Below are positions 1 through 10,385 of a stretch of DNA of 33,679 bases, piece by piece. The notes beneath the pieces were generated by a model. The model saw only the letters and a list, made by a program, of their open reading frames with translations, did no database searches and was not told the DNA's origin. The stretch is from a virus. Its lineage: Duplodnaviria; Heunggongvirae; Uroviricota; Caudoviricetes. Within the stretch, counting starts at the first letter, position 1. Every line of letters begins with the position of its first letter. The DNA is taken from the IMG/VR virus record IMGVR_UViG_2541047882_000006. The stretch is one strand, 5' to 3'. The translations under genes and the position numbers were made by a program.

Positions 1-136
1 CACAACATCCGAGGACAGCATCGTCCGCTGGCCCACAGAAGTCCGGAAAGTCATGGAAGGTCGTTGTTGGGAGGAGGTACAAATTCTCTCATGCAAAAAA
101 TACGTAAAATCGATAATAGCTGGAAATAATTCAATA

Positions 137-198
137 CATGCACTCTCGAAAGTGCATCAGCCAACCGCAGAACGTTATTGCATACAACGTTTCTGCGG
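137..198 (-). terminator. two hairpins just downstream of tfaR (minus-strand sense); possible intrinsic terminator
   Basis: Inverted repeats atgcact/agtgcat (137-156) and ccgcagaacgtt/aacgtttctgcgg (165-198); on the minus strand the second hairpin is followed by a T-rich tract. No strong U-run, so weak. Confidence 0.3.
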
Positions 199-212
199 CA
201 TAATCCCAATGA

Positions 213-797
213 TTACTCCCTGACAGGATTTGCAGGCCACTCAATATCAGGTGCAGTTGATGTATCAACACGGTTCAGCAACACCCGATACTTTTTCCAG
301 GCTTCCAGCAACAAGGTTTCTTTCTCCGTTGCGATCTCCAGATCTGCAGCATCCTGAAGCGGCGCAATATGCTCACTGGCTACCTGCATCAGGTTGTTTT
401 TTGTTTCTTCCGCCTCCCGGATCCGGAACAGTTTTTCTGCTTCCGTATCCTTCACCCAGGCTGTGCCGTTCCACTTCTGAAACTCCCCTTCCGGCGATAA
501 CCAGGTAACATTTTCCGGTAACGGACCGAGTTCAGAAATAAATAACGCGTCGCCGGAAGCCACGTCATAGACGGTTTTTCCCCGATGATCTTCAACGAGA
601 TGCCACGATGCCTCATCACTGTTGAAAACAGCCACGAAGCCTGCCGGAATATCTGGCGGTGCAATATCGGTACTGTTTGCTGGCAGACCTGTATGAGGCG
701 GAATATATGCGTCACCTTCACCAATAAATTCATTAGTTCCGGCCAGCAGATTATAAATTGTTATGGTCCGTGCTTGTTCACTCATTCTGAATGCCAT
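213..797 (-). CDS. tfaR: tail fiber assembly protein (Tfa family)
   Basis: 194-aa track ORF; sequence recognised as Rac/lambdoid Tfa. Its ATG overlaps the stop of the upstream stf fragment at base 797. Confidence 0.85.
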   Translation of the reverse strand: MAFRMSEQARTITIYNLLAGTNEFIGEGDAYIPPHTGLPANSTDIAPPDIPAGFVAVFNSDEASWHLVEDHRGKTVYDVASGDALFISELGPLPENVTWLSPEGEFQKWNGTAWVKDTEAEKLFRIREAEETKNNLMQVASEHIAPLQDAADLEIATEKETLLLEAWKKYRVLLNRVDTSTAPDIEWPANPVRE

Positions 798-2600
798 TAT
801 GCAAGCCTCACAATATAGTTAAATGCGATGTTTTTGACGGTGTTTTCCGCGTTACCAGCAGCGTTAACGGTGATGGTGTGTCCATGTGAGCCAATCGCAA
901 CAGAGTGCGTATGAGCACCAATACCGACAGTATGCGCGTGTGCACCTGCAGATGCTGCTGTGCCGGACAGTGAGTGGCTATGATTACCATCTGTACTGGT
1001 ATTAGCTAACGCCCCCGTAGACATACCTACTGAGCCTTGTACACCCCAGGTATTTTGACCTGAGCTTGTATAACCATATTGATAAGTATCTTTAAAAACA
1101 CTGGGGTTAAATCGACGGCCATCTCTATGGCTGTGATTACCAGCTGCATTCGTGCTGCCACTTAAACTATGGGTATGCGCACCAGTGTTATTCGTGGATT
1201 TAGTGCCGTAATCAAACGACGATGTGGTTTTCGTCCCCAAATCCGTACTGGATGCGCTGGCGCTGTGGGTGTGCGATTTAATGCCGTCCTGTTCCTGAGA
1301 CAATACGGCACGACCACTGGCAGGTTTACCCTTAATCGTCCAGCCACGCATATCAGGGATCACGCCTGACGGATAAGCAGCTGCAAGTTTCGGGTAAGCA
1401 GATTTGTCAAAAGTCTGCCCCTGCATCACGGCATAACCAGACGGAACGGTATCTGATGGCCACGGGATTGGTGCGCCGACTGGGTAGCTTTCTGGTGGAA
1501 GATTTTTCGAGGTATAAACTTCTGCCCAGTCTTCCTCAAAACCATAACCGTCTCTTGAAGAACGGTAGAACAGACCTCTATTTCTGTAATGTGCCTTCAT
1601 CTGCAGGGTGCGGCAACTTCCGACTCCGGTATAGAAGTTAACCAGAATATAGCTGTCGCCAGAGCGGGTGACATTGTAAGCGCCTGATTCGGCATTCCAG
1701 GGAACGCCACCATCAGCATCCGCATATGACCCTGTTGCCCTTCTTGCGAAAGCGGCAACATGCGCAGCGGTTAAAGTGATATCAGTAGAACCATCAAATG
1801 GAACACCGGATATTTTTCTTGCAGTCTGAAGTTTTGTAGCAGTTGCAGCATTACCAGTGGTGTTCTGGTTACCCGTAGTGTTTACACCTGGAAGGTTAAT
1901 ATTTGCAGAACCGTCGAAAACAACTCCACCGATAGATCTTGCCGTCTGCAATTTCGTGGCTGTACTTGCATTACCATTCAATGAACCAGTTAATCCACCT
2001 GTAACAGACAACGGACCTGAAACTGTTCCTCCGGTTGTTGGCAGCGCTCCAATATCTGATGGTGTAGGTTTCTGATGTGAGCTATACATCGTATAAACAA
2101 CACCACCGGTAACGCTGGAAGGCTTACTCGCTGAATATGTTGGCGAGGTATAAATAGAAACTGACGCATTTGTAGTACAATCCCAATGGATATTTACACT
2201 CGTCGCATAATTGCCAATCTCAACGTAAATATCATATGTATCGCCGGATGTGTTGATCCAGGCGAAATTCGTTAATCCGACGGCTGTACGCTTCCACAAA
2301 GCTCCGGTAATCCCTTTGGGGTTTCCATTGCCTGCTCGTAGAACCAGTTCTGAAATGCCTGCCTGCTGTGGGGAGCCGACGTTGTAACCAGCGCCACCAA
2401 TCAATGCGATGTAAACGATGGAACTCGCTTGTGGCATGGTAACCGTTGCCAGTTTGAACCACCCTGCCCCGCCAGAGAAAGAGATCGTTACTGAATTTAA
2501 AGTGCCAATATCTTTCGGTGTTAATGTTATATCCGCAGTCAGTGCTTTCCCGTTAACTTTTCGGTTAGATGGTACCCTGCCATTCGCATTGTCATTCGCT
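797..2600 (-). pseudogene. stfR: side tail fiber protein, C-terminal portion only (5'-truncated)
   Basis: Longest start-initiated ORF is 797-2437 (546 aa) with tail-fiber-type repeats ([40 protein letters not shown]). The frame stays open about 55 codons further upstream with no ATG/GTG/TTG and runs into the J remnant in the +1 frame. K-12 StfR is about twice this length as I recall it. Confidence 0.75.
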
Positions 2601-2603
2601 GCT

Positions 2604-2780
2604 TTAACTGCCTTCAGTGTCCAGCACTGGCGTACTGTTCAGCAGCACGCTTTTTAATCCATCCACCGGACCTTCAACCGGCCCTTCGCTGATGGCATCG
2701 ATCACACTCAGCAACTGCGTGGACTTCAGGTTGTCCTTCGCTTCGCGCGGGGTATGCCCCTTACTGCTGCCTTTACCCAT
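2604..2780 (-). pseudogene. remnant of lambda J-type central tail fiber gene (first 58 codons, then stop)
   Basis: Reverse complement from 2780 translates [58 protein letters not shown]-stop, matching the N-terminus of lambda gpJ as I recall it and diverging right after TEG. A full J gene would encode over 1100 aa. Confidence 0.8.
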
Positions 2781-2840
2781 TCGTCATGCTCCATAAACGA
2801 CAAAACCGCCCGGAGGCGGTTTCACATAAAACATTTTGCA

Positions 2841-3488
2841 TCAGCGACCAATCACCACAACCTGACCACCGTCCCCTTCGTCTGCCGTGCTGATCTCCTG
2901 AGAAACCACCCGCGACCCCACACGCATTTCACCGTACAGAACAGGCAAAACATTGCCCTGAGCAACCATGTTATCCAGTGAGGAAAAATAGGTGTTCTGT
3001 TTGCCGTTATCTGTACTGGCTGCCGTGGACGTCCTGGCTTTCGGTGCCAGCATCTGCGCCACTCCGCCCAGGACCATACTGGCCCCTGCCGCATACATGC
3101 CCGATACAGCCGCGGCACCCAGCCAGCCCACAGGGTTCCACCATGCCACCGCAATCAGCGCCGCCCCAAGCACCACCTGAAACACACCGCCACTTTTAGC
3201 TCCCACCAGACGCGGCACGATGTGGATCACGGCACCATTTGCCAGCGGCTCATTAAGACGGGCAGACAATTCGGTTTCACCGGCATCACGCCCGGCAATG
3301 CGTACCTGATACCAGCCGTCGCTCAGTTTCTGACGAAACGCCGGGATCTGTATGGCCAGCGCCCGGATGGCTTCGGACCCCGTTTTCACTCGAAGGTCGA
3401 TGCGGCGGCCAAATCGTTGTAAATCCCCGTAAAGGCAGATGCGTGCCATGCCCGGTGACGCCAGAGGGAGTGTGTGCGTCGCTGCCAT
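2841..3488 (-). CDS. tail tip assembly protein I (lambda gpI-like)
   Basis: 215-aa track ORF; N-terminus MAATHTLPLASPGMARICLYGDLQRF and C-terminus near-identical to lambda gpI as recalled; sits between K and the J remnant in lambda order. Confidence 0.9.
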   Translation of the reverse strand: MAATHTLPLASPGMARICLYGDLQRFGRRIDLRVKTGSEAIRALAIQIPAFRQKLSDGWYQVRIAGRDAGETELSARLNEPLANGAVIHIVPRLVGAKSGGVFQVVLGAALIAVAWWNPVGWLGAAAVSGMYAAGASMVLGGVAQMLAPKARTSTAASTDNGKQNTYFSSLDNMVAQGNVLPVLYGEMRVGSRVVSQEISTADEGDGGQVVVIGR

Positions 3489-4129
3489 TTGTCGGTATAC
3501 CTCTCTCGTTTGCTCAGTTGTTCAGGAATATGGTGCAACAGCTCGCCGTCGCCGCAGTAAATGGCGGCATGATTCGGCACCGATGAACCAAAACAGCACA
3601 GCAGCACATCGCCCGGCTGGGCCGCTGACAACGGCACCTGATACAGCCCCGTTGCCTCCATATTATCCAGATAGAGATTCTGACCGTTACGCCACCAGTC
3701 ATCCTCGCGATGAAAATCCGGCATCTCAATCCCCGCCAGATGATAAGCATCCCGGAACAGCGTGTAACAGTCCGTCACCCCGTGCTCAAAGCGCCGCCCG
3801 GTGAGATGCGGCACACAGCGGAACTTATGAATTGTCCCCCGGCAGACCAGCCACCACGGCAAATCACTCTGCACCTGCAGCCGCCGGTCGGCCTCACTCA
3901 GCCAGGGCAGACCACCGGGGTGGCTGTGGACCAGCGCCACCACCTCACCCTGCATTTCTGCCTGCAGCCAGTCTTCCGGCGACATACGGAAATACGCCTC
4001 CGGCTCACCGGAGATATTCACGCAGGGGAAATATCTTTCCCCCTCCGGCGTGCTTACCACGAAGCCGCACGACTCCGCTGGCGCACATCGCCGGGCGTGC
4101 GCCAGAATCGCTGATTCTGTCTGTGTCAT
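3386..4129 (-). CDS. tail tip assembly protein K (lambda gpK-like, MPN/JAB plus NlpC/P60-type domains)
   Basis: Track ORF 3386-4171; start placed at the internal Met (MTQTESAILAHARRCAPAESCGFV), which matches the lambda gpK N-terminus. HSHPGG motif present. Overlaps I by about 100 nt, as in lambda. Confidence 0.85.
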   Translation of the reverse strand: MTQTESAILAHARRCAPAESCGFVVSTPEGERYFPCVNISGEPEAYFRMSPEDWLQAEMQGEVVALVHSHPGGLPWLSEADRRLQVQSDLPWWLVCRGTIHKFRCVPHLTGRRFEHGVTDCYTLFRDAYHLAGIEMPDFHREDDWWRNGQNLYLDNMEATGLYQVPLSAAQPGDVLLCCFGSSVPNHAAIYCGDGELLHHIPEQLSKRERYTDKWQRRTHSLWRHRAWHASAFTGIYNDLAAASTFE

Positions 4130-4133
4130 GGGT

Positions 4134-4832
4134 TTACTGCGAAAGTTTGTTAATGGAAAGGAAGCCGCCAAAGTTGCCGACGTTATTGCGGAACTTACAA
4201 CCGCTCAGGCATTTGCTGCATTTATCCTTCGTGATATCGGACGTCGGCTGGTCATATTCATCCGCGACCGCCGGACCGCTATAACCGCACTCATCGCCGC
4301 GATAGGTCCAGGTGCAGGTGTTGGCCAGCATGATACGTCCCGGAAAAACAGCGCCATCCGTTTCAGTCGGCGTGGACAGTACAAAAGAGGCACTGACCGC
4401 GCTCAGTTCGCTGCACTGCTCGATGCGCCAGCGGCTGATCACCTCCTGCTCCGGATCGGCTTCGCTGTTTCCGTTGACGAAGTTCACCGCATCCAGAAAG
4501 CGGGCGTAAACCTTACGCCGGACCACCGTTCCGCCGACCAGACTCTGCAGATCTTCCGCCATCCCGGTGATCATGCCGTGCAGGTTAGAGACCGTCAGTG
4601 TCGGACGGGCAGCACTGCCCTTGCCGTTCATCTCAAATCCACTCCCCTGAATGGGATAGGCCTGATACTGCCGACTCTGCCAGGTGACAGACTCACCTTT
4701 TTCGTTCTGCTCATTACAGAAAAAGTAGCGATCCCCGCCTACCTCGGTCAGGTCGATTTCCCAGAGCACCACGCTGGCCGACTGCTCCGCACGAATGCAT
4801 TCATTCAGCGTTTCCTGTTGTATGTCCTGCAT
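4134..4832 (-). CDS. minor tail protein L (lambda gpL-like)
   Basis: 232-aa track ORF, same length as lambda gpL; conserved Cys-rich C-terminus (CSKCLSGCKFRNN); lambda gene order. Confidence 0.9.
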   Translation of the reverse strand: MQDIQQETLNECIRAEQSASVVLWEIDLTEVGGDRYFFCNEQNEKGESVTWQSRQYQAYPIQGSGFEMNGKGSAARPTLTVSNLHGMITGMAEDLQSLVGGTVVRRKVYARFLDAVNFVNGNSEADPEQEVISRWRIEQCSELSAVSASFVLSTPTETDGAVFPGRIMLANTCTWTYRGDECGYSGPAVADEYDQPTSDITKDKCSKCLSGCKFRNNVGNFGGFLSINKLSQ

Positions 4833-5170
4833 CAGATCACCACTTCGTCAAACTGACACGAAAAATCGGTATAGGTGATATGTTCTGTCGCTGACCACGT
4901 TCGACACACCACTCTGATTTTTCTGTTAATACCCGGCGGGCGCCAAAAAAAAGATTTATAGCCTTCATGCCGGGCTAAAAATTTTTCAAATGAATCACGT
5001 TCATTCGCCTCAACTTTGAAATCACAGGTGAAAACGCGCAGAGAATGATTAAGTCCATTTGGACTTCGTTGCTCATAACCATCGCCAAATCTTACAGTTT
5101 TTATCGATGGTTTATTTTCTGTTTTCATTCCATCCTCTGGTAACCAGTGAAATTCTTCCGTATTAGCCAC
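4832..5170 (-). CDS. minor tail protein M (lambda gpM-like)
   Basis: 112-aa track ORF; [16 protein letters not shown] and [15 protein letters not shown] resemble lambda gpM; lies between H and L. Confidence 0.8.
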   Translation of the reverse strand: MANTEEFHWLPEDGMKTENKPSIKTVRFGDGYEQRSPNGLNHSLRVFTCDFKVEANERDSFEKFLARHEGYKSFFWRPPGINRKIRVVCRTWSATEHITYTDFSCQFDEVVI

Positions 5171-8100
5171 TTAACATTCCCCCATCACGTCGCATATTTA
5201 ACAGATTGCCCTGCACCCGCTGATCAACCATCCCCATAAGTGCTTTTATTGCCTGAGGGCCAATCTCTCCATTCTGGCCGTCATTTTGAATAGTGATTTG
5301 GTATACAGGGGCATAGGTAATATCTCCGCCTCCATTACCACTTTTACTATTAATAGCTCTGACACCAAGAGAACCATCGGAAGTTCGTGTTAATGGCATA
5401 ATGGCTTCCGGACCAGCCTCACCAAAAACACCAGCCCCTCTTGCAAAAGCAAAAAATTGCGGGGAATCATAAATACCGTTCGAATACGTGTTCAATGACG
5501 GAGACTCATAAACACCGCCCTTTGCATTCGGAATAAATTTACTAATAGCACTCCCGATAGTTCCTAAAATCCCCCCAGAAGAACTGTTACTAATGCTGTC
5601 GAAAATCCCAGTAATTGAAGCCTTTAATGCTATTCGACTAAGATCCGAAATCACGGAAGTAGCGAAAGAACGAAAATTTGCCTTGCCTGTCGTGACAAAA
5701 TCACCCAACGCATCGGTCATTCCATCAAACATCTGAGTCGTGGTTGATTTTATCTGCTCACTGATATCCTTAGTGTCATCCAGCCAGTTATTGAATCCCT
5801 GGGAGGCACCACTAACCCAGTCTCCTGCCTGAATATCGAGCTGCTCGTTTTTCTGTCTGACAATTTCTTTTTCTCGTTCCAGAGCATCATTCAGAGCCTG
5901 CATTTTCTCCTGAAAAACATGATTTGACATCCCACGGGATTTATCTGCATAGTCACGTTCAAGTTGCAGACGCTGATTGTTATATTCACGTTCAATCCGC
6001 AGTAATTCCTGCTGGCGTTGCTGATTTTTATCGCCAACCCCATAACCAGCAATCTGAATATCATACCCCTGTTGACGATTATCAATCGAAGCCTGCAATG
6101 AATCACGCCATGCAGCTATTTCGGCGGATTCCTTGATTAGCCTGTTATTTTTTTCAATCGCAACATTTTTCTCCATCAACGCGGTTATTTCTTCCCGGTG
6201 TAAGAGAAGCGATTTCTGATCCTGGGTTAATTTCGATGACGGTCGTGACTCCAGGTCGGCAATCTGCTGACGCCACTTAACCAGTTCCTGTTCAGAGGAA
6301 CTTAATTTAACGGTTAATTCAGTTTGTGAACTTAGTAACGCATTCTGTTGATTCAGATGATCAATCATTCGTTGGGCAGCATCATCCGAATAACCTTTCG
6401 CCTTTGGTTGCTTTGGATCTTTATAACGCTCATTTATTTGAGCGATAAAATTATTATATTCTTCCTTTGAATACTGACTCTTTAGCTTTTCCAGTTTTGC
6501 AAGTTCACTAGCTCTCTGCTGCTCCCGGGTCTGATATTGTTTTGAAAAGGCATCTGCTCTCTGTCTGAGTTCAATTCCTTCCTGTTGTCGCTTGTTGTAA
6601 TCGTTTATTGATGAATTTAGGACGTCCTGAGCAATTTTTTCTGCTTGAAGTACGCCCAATTGCTGCTTTAATCGTGCCAGCCTTTTATTTTGAGCTCCGC
6701 CATCTCCAATGCCACCTAACCCGAAAACTCCGGGTCGGGTATTTTTTTCTATTTCATCAATTTGACGGAGAACATCTGAGATTTTTTGATCAAGGGAGGC
6801 CTCACGGCCAATATCCAGCATGGAATCCCATGCCCATTTTGCGGAGTCTGCCACAGCTTTCCATGCAGTCTCAAGATAACCAAGATTTTCTTTAATCTGG
6901 TTGGTGCGCTGGATCATTGAGGATGAGTATGCTTCTGTCGCAATGCGGGCGGCCTCCTGCTGGTTCCCTTCATCCTGTAGCGCCTTAATCTGGTTATAAG
7001 TCGCAATTGTCAGAAAATGGTACTGATCATTAAGTTTTGATATGGCACTGACAGGATCCTTTGCAATTTCATTGAAGTCATTAACCAGTTGTTCGGTTGA
7101 TATTCCTGTTACTTCGCTCGTTTTTACTATCGCTGTCGTCACTTGCTCCAGCGAACTGCTCGCTACCTTTCCCGAACGCACAAGCTGGTTTAATACTGCC
7201 GCCGCAGCGCCAGTTGTCGAATCAGCCGCATTCCCGGCACGTTGAGCTATATCGGCCAATTGCCCGCTGGTTGTCCCCAACTGATTTCCGGTAAGAATAA
7301 GAGATTTATTAAATTCGTCCTGCTCCTGAGAGCCTTTATAGTAAGCCAGCCCTAAGACGCCAACGGCTGCTGCGGCCAGGGTAAAAGGATTAATTAATCC
7401 CAGCACATAAGAACCAACACCTTTGATCGCCGGGCCAATCCCACCGAACATATCTTTTAGCTGGCCGCCCTGCTGCATTAACACCATAAAAGGCGACTGA
7501 CCAGTGGACAACCCAACAACAATATCCGTCATTTGTGCAGGCAACATGCGCATAGCAAAAGCCGTTTGTTTTGCCGACATTCCGGTTTTGCTTAATTGAG
7601 ATTGAGTAACCTCAAGCTCACTCCGCATAGCACGAAGTTTTCCAGAAAGTTCCTCATACATTTCAGGAGAGAGCATCCCCTTAGCTTTTGCTTCATTGAG
7701 CTGTTTCTGTTGTTCTACCAGACGATTAAAAGCAGTTCCGACAGGGTCAAGTTGAGCAATCAGACGTTGCAAAGCAGCAACCTGTTCATCATGCGCTTTT
7801 GCTGCTTCTCGCTCTGCCTGAGCCTCTCCGGTAAGCTCTCGCCGTGTTTCCTGTATTTTTCGGCTATAATTCTCAAACTGAGAACCATTTATTTTCCCGG
7901 ATGCAAACGCAGCATTAAGTTCATCCTGCTGTTGTTCAAGATTTCTTAGCGCCGCAACCAGAGGGTCGATCTTGTCCAGCATTCTTTGAAAGGCCTGAGC
8001 CTGCGATTCCTGCTGGGCGGCAGCAAGTTTTCCGGCCTTCTCGGCTTCTCTCTGCGCTTGCGCAACCCCGCTCAATTCCTCTGTGGTTTCATTAAGTTTA

Positions 8101-8396
8101 CGGACAAGAAATTCATATTCTTCTTTATCAATAAGCCCTTTATCGAAAAATTTCTTTAATTCAGAATAGCGTCGACCGACAGTATCAATTGCGGCACCAA
8201 CTGGATCAATAGCTGCTTTTAATTTTGCGAGCGCGTTCTTCTCATCTTCTGTTGCCTTAGTCACTTTCCCTGCGCTATTTGCAGCAGTTTCCCCGGCCTG
8301 CGTCATTTTGACTAATGAGGAGGTCAGATTGTCAGCATTATTTTTTGCTCCAGTGCTATCAATAATTATTGCGAGACGCGAGGTTTGCTCTGCCAT
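5163..8396 (-). CDS. tail tape measure protein (gpH-like)
   Basis: 1077-aa track ORF; long coiled-coil N-terminal half with three ~65-aa tandem repeat units, hydrophobic central segment, C-terminal region resembling lambda gpH ([19 protein letters not shown]). Confidence 0.85.
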   Translation of the reverse strand: MAEQTSRLAIIIDSTGAKNNADNLTSSLVKMTQAGETAANSAGKVTKATEDEKNALAKLKAAIDPVGAAIDTVGRRYSELKKFFDKGLIDKEEYEFLVRKLNETTEELSGVAQAQREAEKAGKLAAAQQESQAQAFQRMLDKIDPLVAALRNLEQQQDELNAAFASGKINGSQFENYSRKIQETRRELTGEAQAEREAAKAHDEQVAALQRLIAQLDPVGTAFNRLVEQQKQLNEAKAKGMLSPEMYEELSGKLRAMRSELEVTQSQLSKTGMSAKQTAFAMRMLPAQMTDIVVGLSTGQSPFMVLMQQGGQLKDMFGGIGPAIKGVGSYVLGLINPFTLAAAAVGVLGLAYYKGSQEQDEFNKSLILTGNQLGTTSGQLADIAQRAGNAADSTTGAAAAVLNQLVRSGKVASSSLEQVTTAIVKTSEVTGISTEQLVNDFNEIAKDPVSAISKLNDQYHFLTIATYNQIKALQDEGNQQEAARIATEAYSSSMIQRTNQIKENLGYLETAWKAVADSAKWAWDSMLDIGREASLDQKISDVLRQIDEIEKNTRPGVFGLGGIGDGGAQNKRLARLKQQLGVLQAEKIAQDVLNSSINDYNKRQQEGIELRQRADAFSKQYQTREQQRASELAKLEKLKSQYSKEEYNNFIAQINERYKDPKQPKAKGYSDDAAQRMIDHLNQQNALLSSQTELTVKLSSSEQELVKWRQQIADLESRPSSKLTQDQKSLLLHREEITALMEKNVAIEKNNRLIKESAEIAAWRDSLQASIDNRQQGYDIQIAGYGVGDKNQQRQQELLRIEREYNNQRLQLERDYADKSRGMSNHVFQEKMQALNDALEREKEIVRQKNEQLDIQAGDWVSGASQGFNNWLDDTKDISEQIKSTTTQMFDGMTDALGDFVTTGKANFRSFATSVISDLSRIALKASITGIFDSISNSSSGGILGTIGSAISKFIPNAKGGVYESPSLNTYSNGIYDSPQFFAFARGAGVFGEAGPEAIMPLTRTSDGSLGVRAINSKSGNGGGDITYAPVYQITIQNDGQNGEIGPQAIKALMGMVDQRVQGNLLNMRRDGGMLSG

Positions 8397-8420
8397 TTAT
8401 TAAAACTCCAGACAACAAAA

Positions 8421-8438
8421 AGCCCACCGAAGTGGGTT
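8421..8438 (-). terminator. terminator-like hairpin between T and H (minus-strand sense)
   Basis: Minus-strand RNA reads cccac-uucg-guggg followed by cuuuuuguugu: a short GC stem with a UUCG loop and a U-tract, about 25 nt upstream of the H start codon. Confidence 0.3.
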
Positions 8439-8559
8439 TCAGGCGACATAATAGTAGATATAGCGATTACGAGGCCACGCAATGCTTTTCTCCAGGAGCA
8501 TCATCGATTTAATTAAAGACACCATCACATCTCTGTAACAGAGTGTACGTAATTAACAA

Positions 8560-8880
8560 CTACACACACTGCTCCTGAAAATACTGGTCATCCAGTGCAA
8601 AGATCACTGCTTCAAACTCATCGCGCTCAATCAATACCGGATGAGTGGCTAAATATTCATTTATCTCTGTCAGAGATAAAGGCAAAGGCACCCCGGTCAT
8701 TCCAGCATAACGTCGGGCACGGGATATTACCGAATAGGCGTACAACAATTCCTTAAGCACCGGGTCTATTTCTGGTTCCGGTATCGGTGGCAACCTGAGT
8801 TTTTCTCGCTTCCATCTTGCCTTTTCCCCCCTTTCTCCCCCGAACTCCGATAACCACCGCTGGGCGGCTATGGCTTTTTT
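8560..8880 (-). CDS. tail assembly chaperone T segment, expressed as a G-T fusion by -1 programmed frameshift
   Basis: Track ORF 8560-8793 (TTG called as start). The same frame is open upstream through the G stop. A slippery heptamer A_AAA_AAG lies at 8874-8880 (minus strand), two codons before the G stop at 8868-8870. Confidence 0.65.
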   Translation of the reverse strand, partial: KKAIAAQRWLSEFGGERGEKARWKREKLRLPPIPEPEIDPVLKELLYAYSVISRARRYAGMTGVPLPLSLTEINEYLATHPVLIERDEFEAVIFALDDQYFQEQCV

Positions 8881-9317
8881 ATCGTATCCTGCTTCTGCTG
8901 CTCTTTACCCTGGGCGATGCTGGCTGCTTCTGCAAGGATCTGCCAGTACAACTCTGGATTCTGCTTAAGCAGCGCGATCCCTCGTTCTGGCGTATATTCC
9001 AGTGCAACCTCAGCACCATTAACCAGTTCACCAACCCCTTTCCAGTCTTTCAGCAGATAACGAGCAGCATTATCAATGAGTAAATCATCAACAGAATCTA
9101 CCTCGGAAACCTTTGAAATATCAAACTCCTTCGTTCCGACGTGCAAACTGGCATCCATTTTCTCAATGTGACGACGGATTAATGCATTACGGGAGCGATA
9201 CTGATCGTTATCGCTGCTTGCCACCAACAGTTTTAACCCGTCTACAGGTTTTAAGTCCTTCATTGGCGTAAACCAGCGTTCTCCACCGATGATAATTTTC
9301 TGATTAAGAATAAACAT
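8868..9317 (-). CDS. tail assembly chaperone G (lambda gpG-like)
   Basis: 149-aa track ORF directly upstream of the T frame and H in lambda order; ends with the slippery site; GAGG ribosome-binding site 7 nt upstream, inside the IS903 target duplication. Confidence 0.7.
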   Translation of the reverse strand: MFILNQKIIIGGERWFTPMKDLKPVDGLKLLVASSDNDQYRSRNALIRRHIEKMDASLHVGTKEFDISKVSEVDSVDDLLIDNAARYLLKDWKGVGELVNGAEVALEYTPERGIALLKQNPELYWQILAEAASIAQGKEQQKQDTIKKP

Positions 9318-9319
9318 CC

Positions 9320-9328
9320 ATAACCTCA
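9320..9328. repeat. 9-bp target site duplication ATAACCTCA (left copy) flanking IS903
   Basis: Identical 9-mer at 9320-9328 and 10386-10394, immediately outside the 18-bp terminal inverted repeats. Confidence 0.8.
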
Positions 9329-10385
9329 GGCTTTGTTGAATAAATCAGATTTCGGGTAAGTCTCCCCCGTAGCGGGTTGTGTTTTCAGGCAATACGCACG
9401 CTTTCAGGCATACCTGCTTTCGTCATTTTGTTCAGCGCTCGTACCAGGGCCATAGCCTCCGCAACCTGACCATCGTAGTCACGCAGCGTCAGTGAACCCC
9501 CGAACAGCTGTTTTACCCGGTACATCGCCGTTTCCGCTATCGAGCGACGGTTGTAATCTGTTGTCCATTTCCACCGCGCATTACTCCCGGTCATTCGCTG
9601 ATTAGCCACTGCACTGTTACGGTCTGCATATTCACCGGGCCAGTAACCCGCACCTTTTCGGGGAGGGATAAGGGCGCTGATTTTCTTACGCCGCAGTTCA
9701 TCGTGACAGAGCCGGGTGTCGTAAGCGCCGTCTGCCGATGCTGCCCTGATTTTTCTGTGAGTCTGCCGGATAAGACCCGGGAAGGCTTCTGAGTCCGTCA
9801 CATTGTTCAGCGACAGGTCTGCACAGATGATTTCATGTGTTTTACTGTCAACGGCGAGATGCAGCTTACGCCAGATACGGCGGCGTTCCTGGCCATGCTT
9901 TTTGACTTTCCACTCGCCTTCACCGAAGACCTTCAGCCCGGTGGAATCAATTACCAGGTGTGCGATTTCACCCCGGGTGGGCGTTTTGAAACTGACATTA
10001 ACCGACTTTGCGCGCTTGCTGACACTGGTGTAATCCGGGCAGCGCAACGGAACATTCATCAGTGTAAAAATGGAATCAATAAAACCCTGTGCAGCCCGCA
10101 GGGTCAACCTGAACACGCGTTTAATGACCAGAACGGTGGTGATGGCGAGATCAGAATAGCGCTGAGGTCTTCCCCGTGATGAAGGCGTTGTCGACTCATA
10201 CCAGGCCTGAATGGCTTCATCATCCAGCCAGAAAGTTATGGAGCCACGGTTGATGAGGGCTTTATTGTAGGTGGGCCAGTTGGTGATTTTGAACTTTTGC
10301 TTTGCCACGGAACGGTCTGCGTTGTCGGGAAGATGCGTGATCTGATCCTTCAACTCAGCAAAAGTTCGATTTATTCAACAAAGCC
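9329..10385 (-). mobile_element. IS903 (IS5 family) insertion sequence, complete
   Basis: 1057 bp bounded by perfect 18-bp inverted repeats GGCTTTGTTGAATAAATC (9329-9346) and GATTTATTCAACAAAGCC (10368-10385); one transposase ORF; 9-bp direct target duplication; length and repeats match IS903 as I recall it. Confidence 0.85.
9385..10308 (-). CDS. IS903 transposase (DDE, IS5 family)
   Basis: Track ORF 9385-10353 (322 aa from a TTG). Starting at the in-frame GTG (VAKQKFKITNWPTYNK) gives 307 aa; C-terminus MTKAGMPESVRIA recognised as IS903 transposase. Confidence 0.8.
   Translation of the reverse strand: MAKQKFKITNWPTYNKALINRGSITFWLDDEAIQAWYESTTPSSRGRPQRYSDLAITTVLVIKRVFRLTLRAAQGFIDSIFTLMNVPLRCPDYTSVSKRAKSVNVSFKTPTRGEIAHLVIDSTGLKVFGEGEWKVKKHGQERRRIWRKLHLAVDSKTHEIICADLSLNNVTDSEAFPGLIRQTHRKIRAASADGAYDTRLCHDELRRKKISALIPPRKGAGYWPGEYADRNSAVANQRMTGSNARWKWTTDYNRRSIAETAMYRVKQLFGGSLTLRDYDGQVAEAMALVRALNKMTKAGMPESVRIA

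Noticed and set aside
1-126. Open reading frame running off the left edge on the plus strand (ending ~126)
   Set aside because: Too short and featureless to assign; K-12 has pinR beyond tfaR, but the translation does not resemble an invertase C-terminus, so no call is made.
230-818. Plus- and minus-strand ORFs overlapping tfaR (230-508, 452-733, 585-818)
   Set aside because: Alternative-frame or antisense ORFs inside a recognisable tail fiber assembly gene; no independent support.
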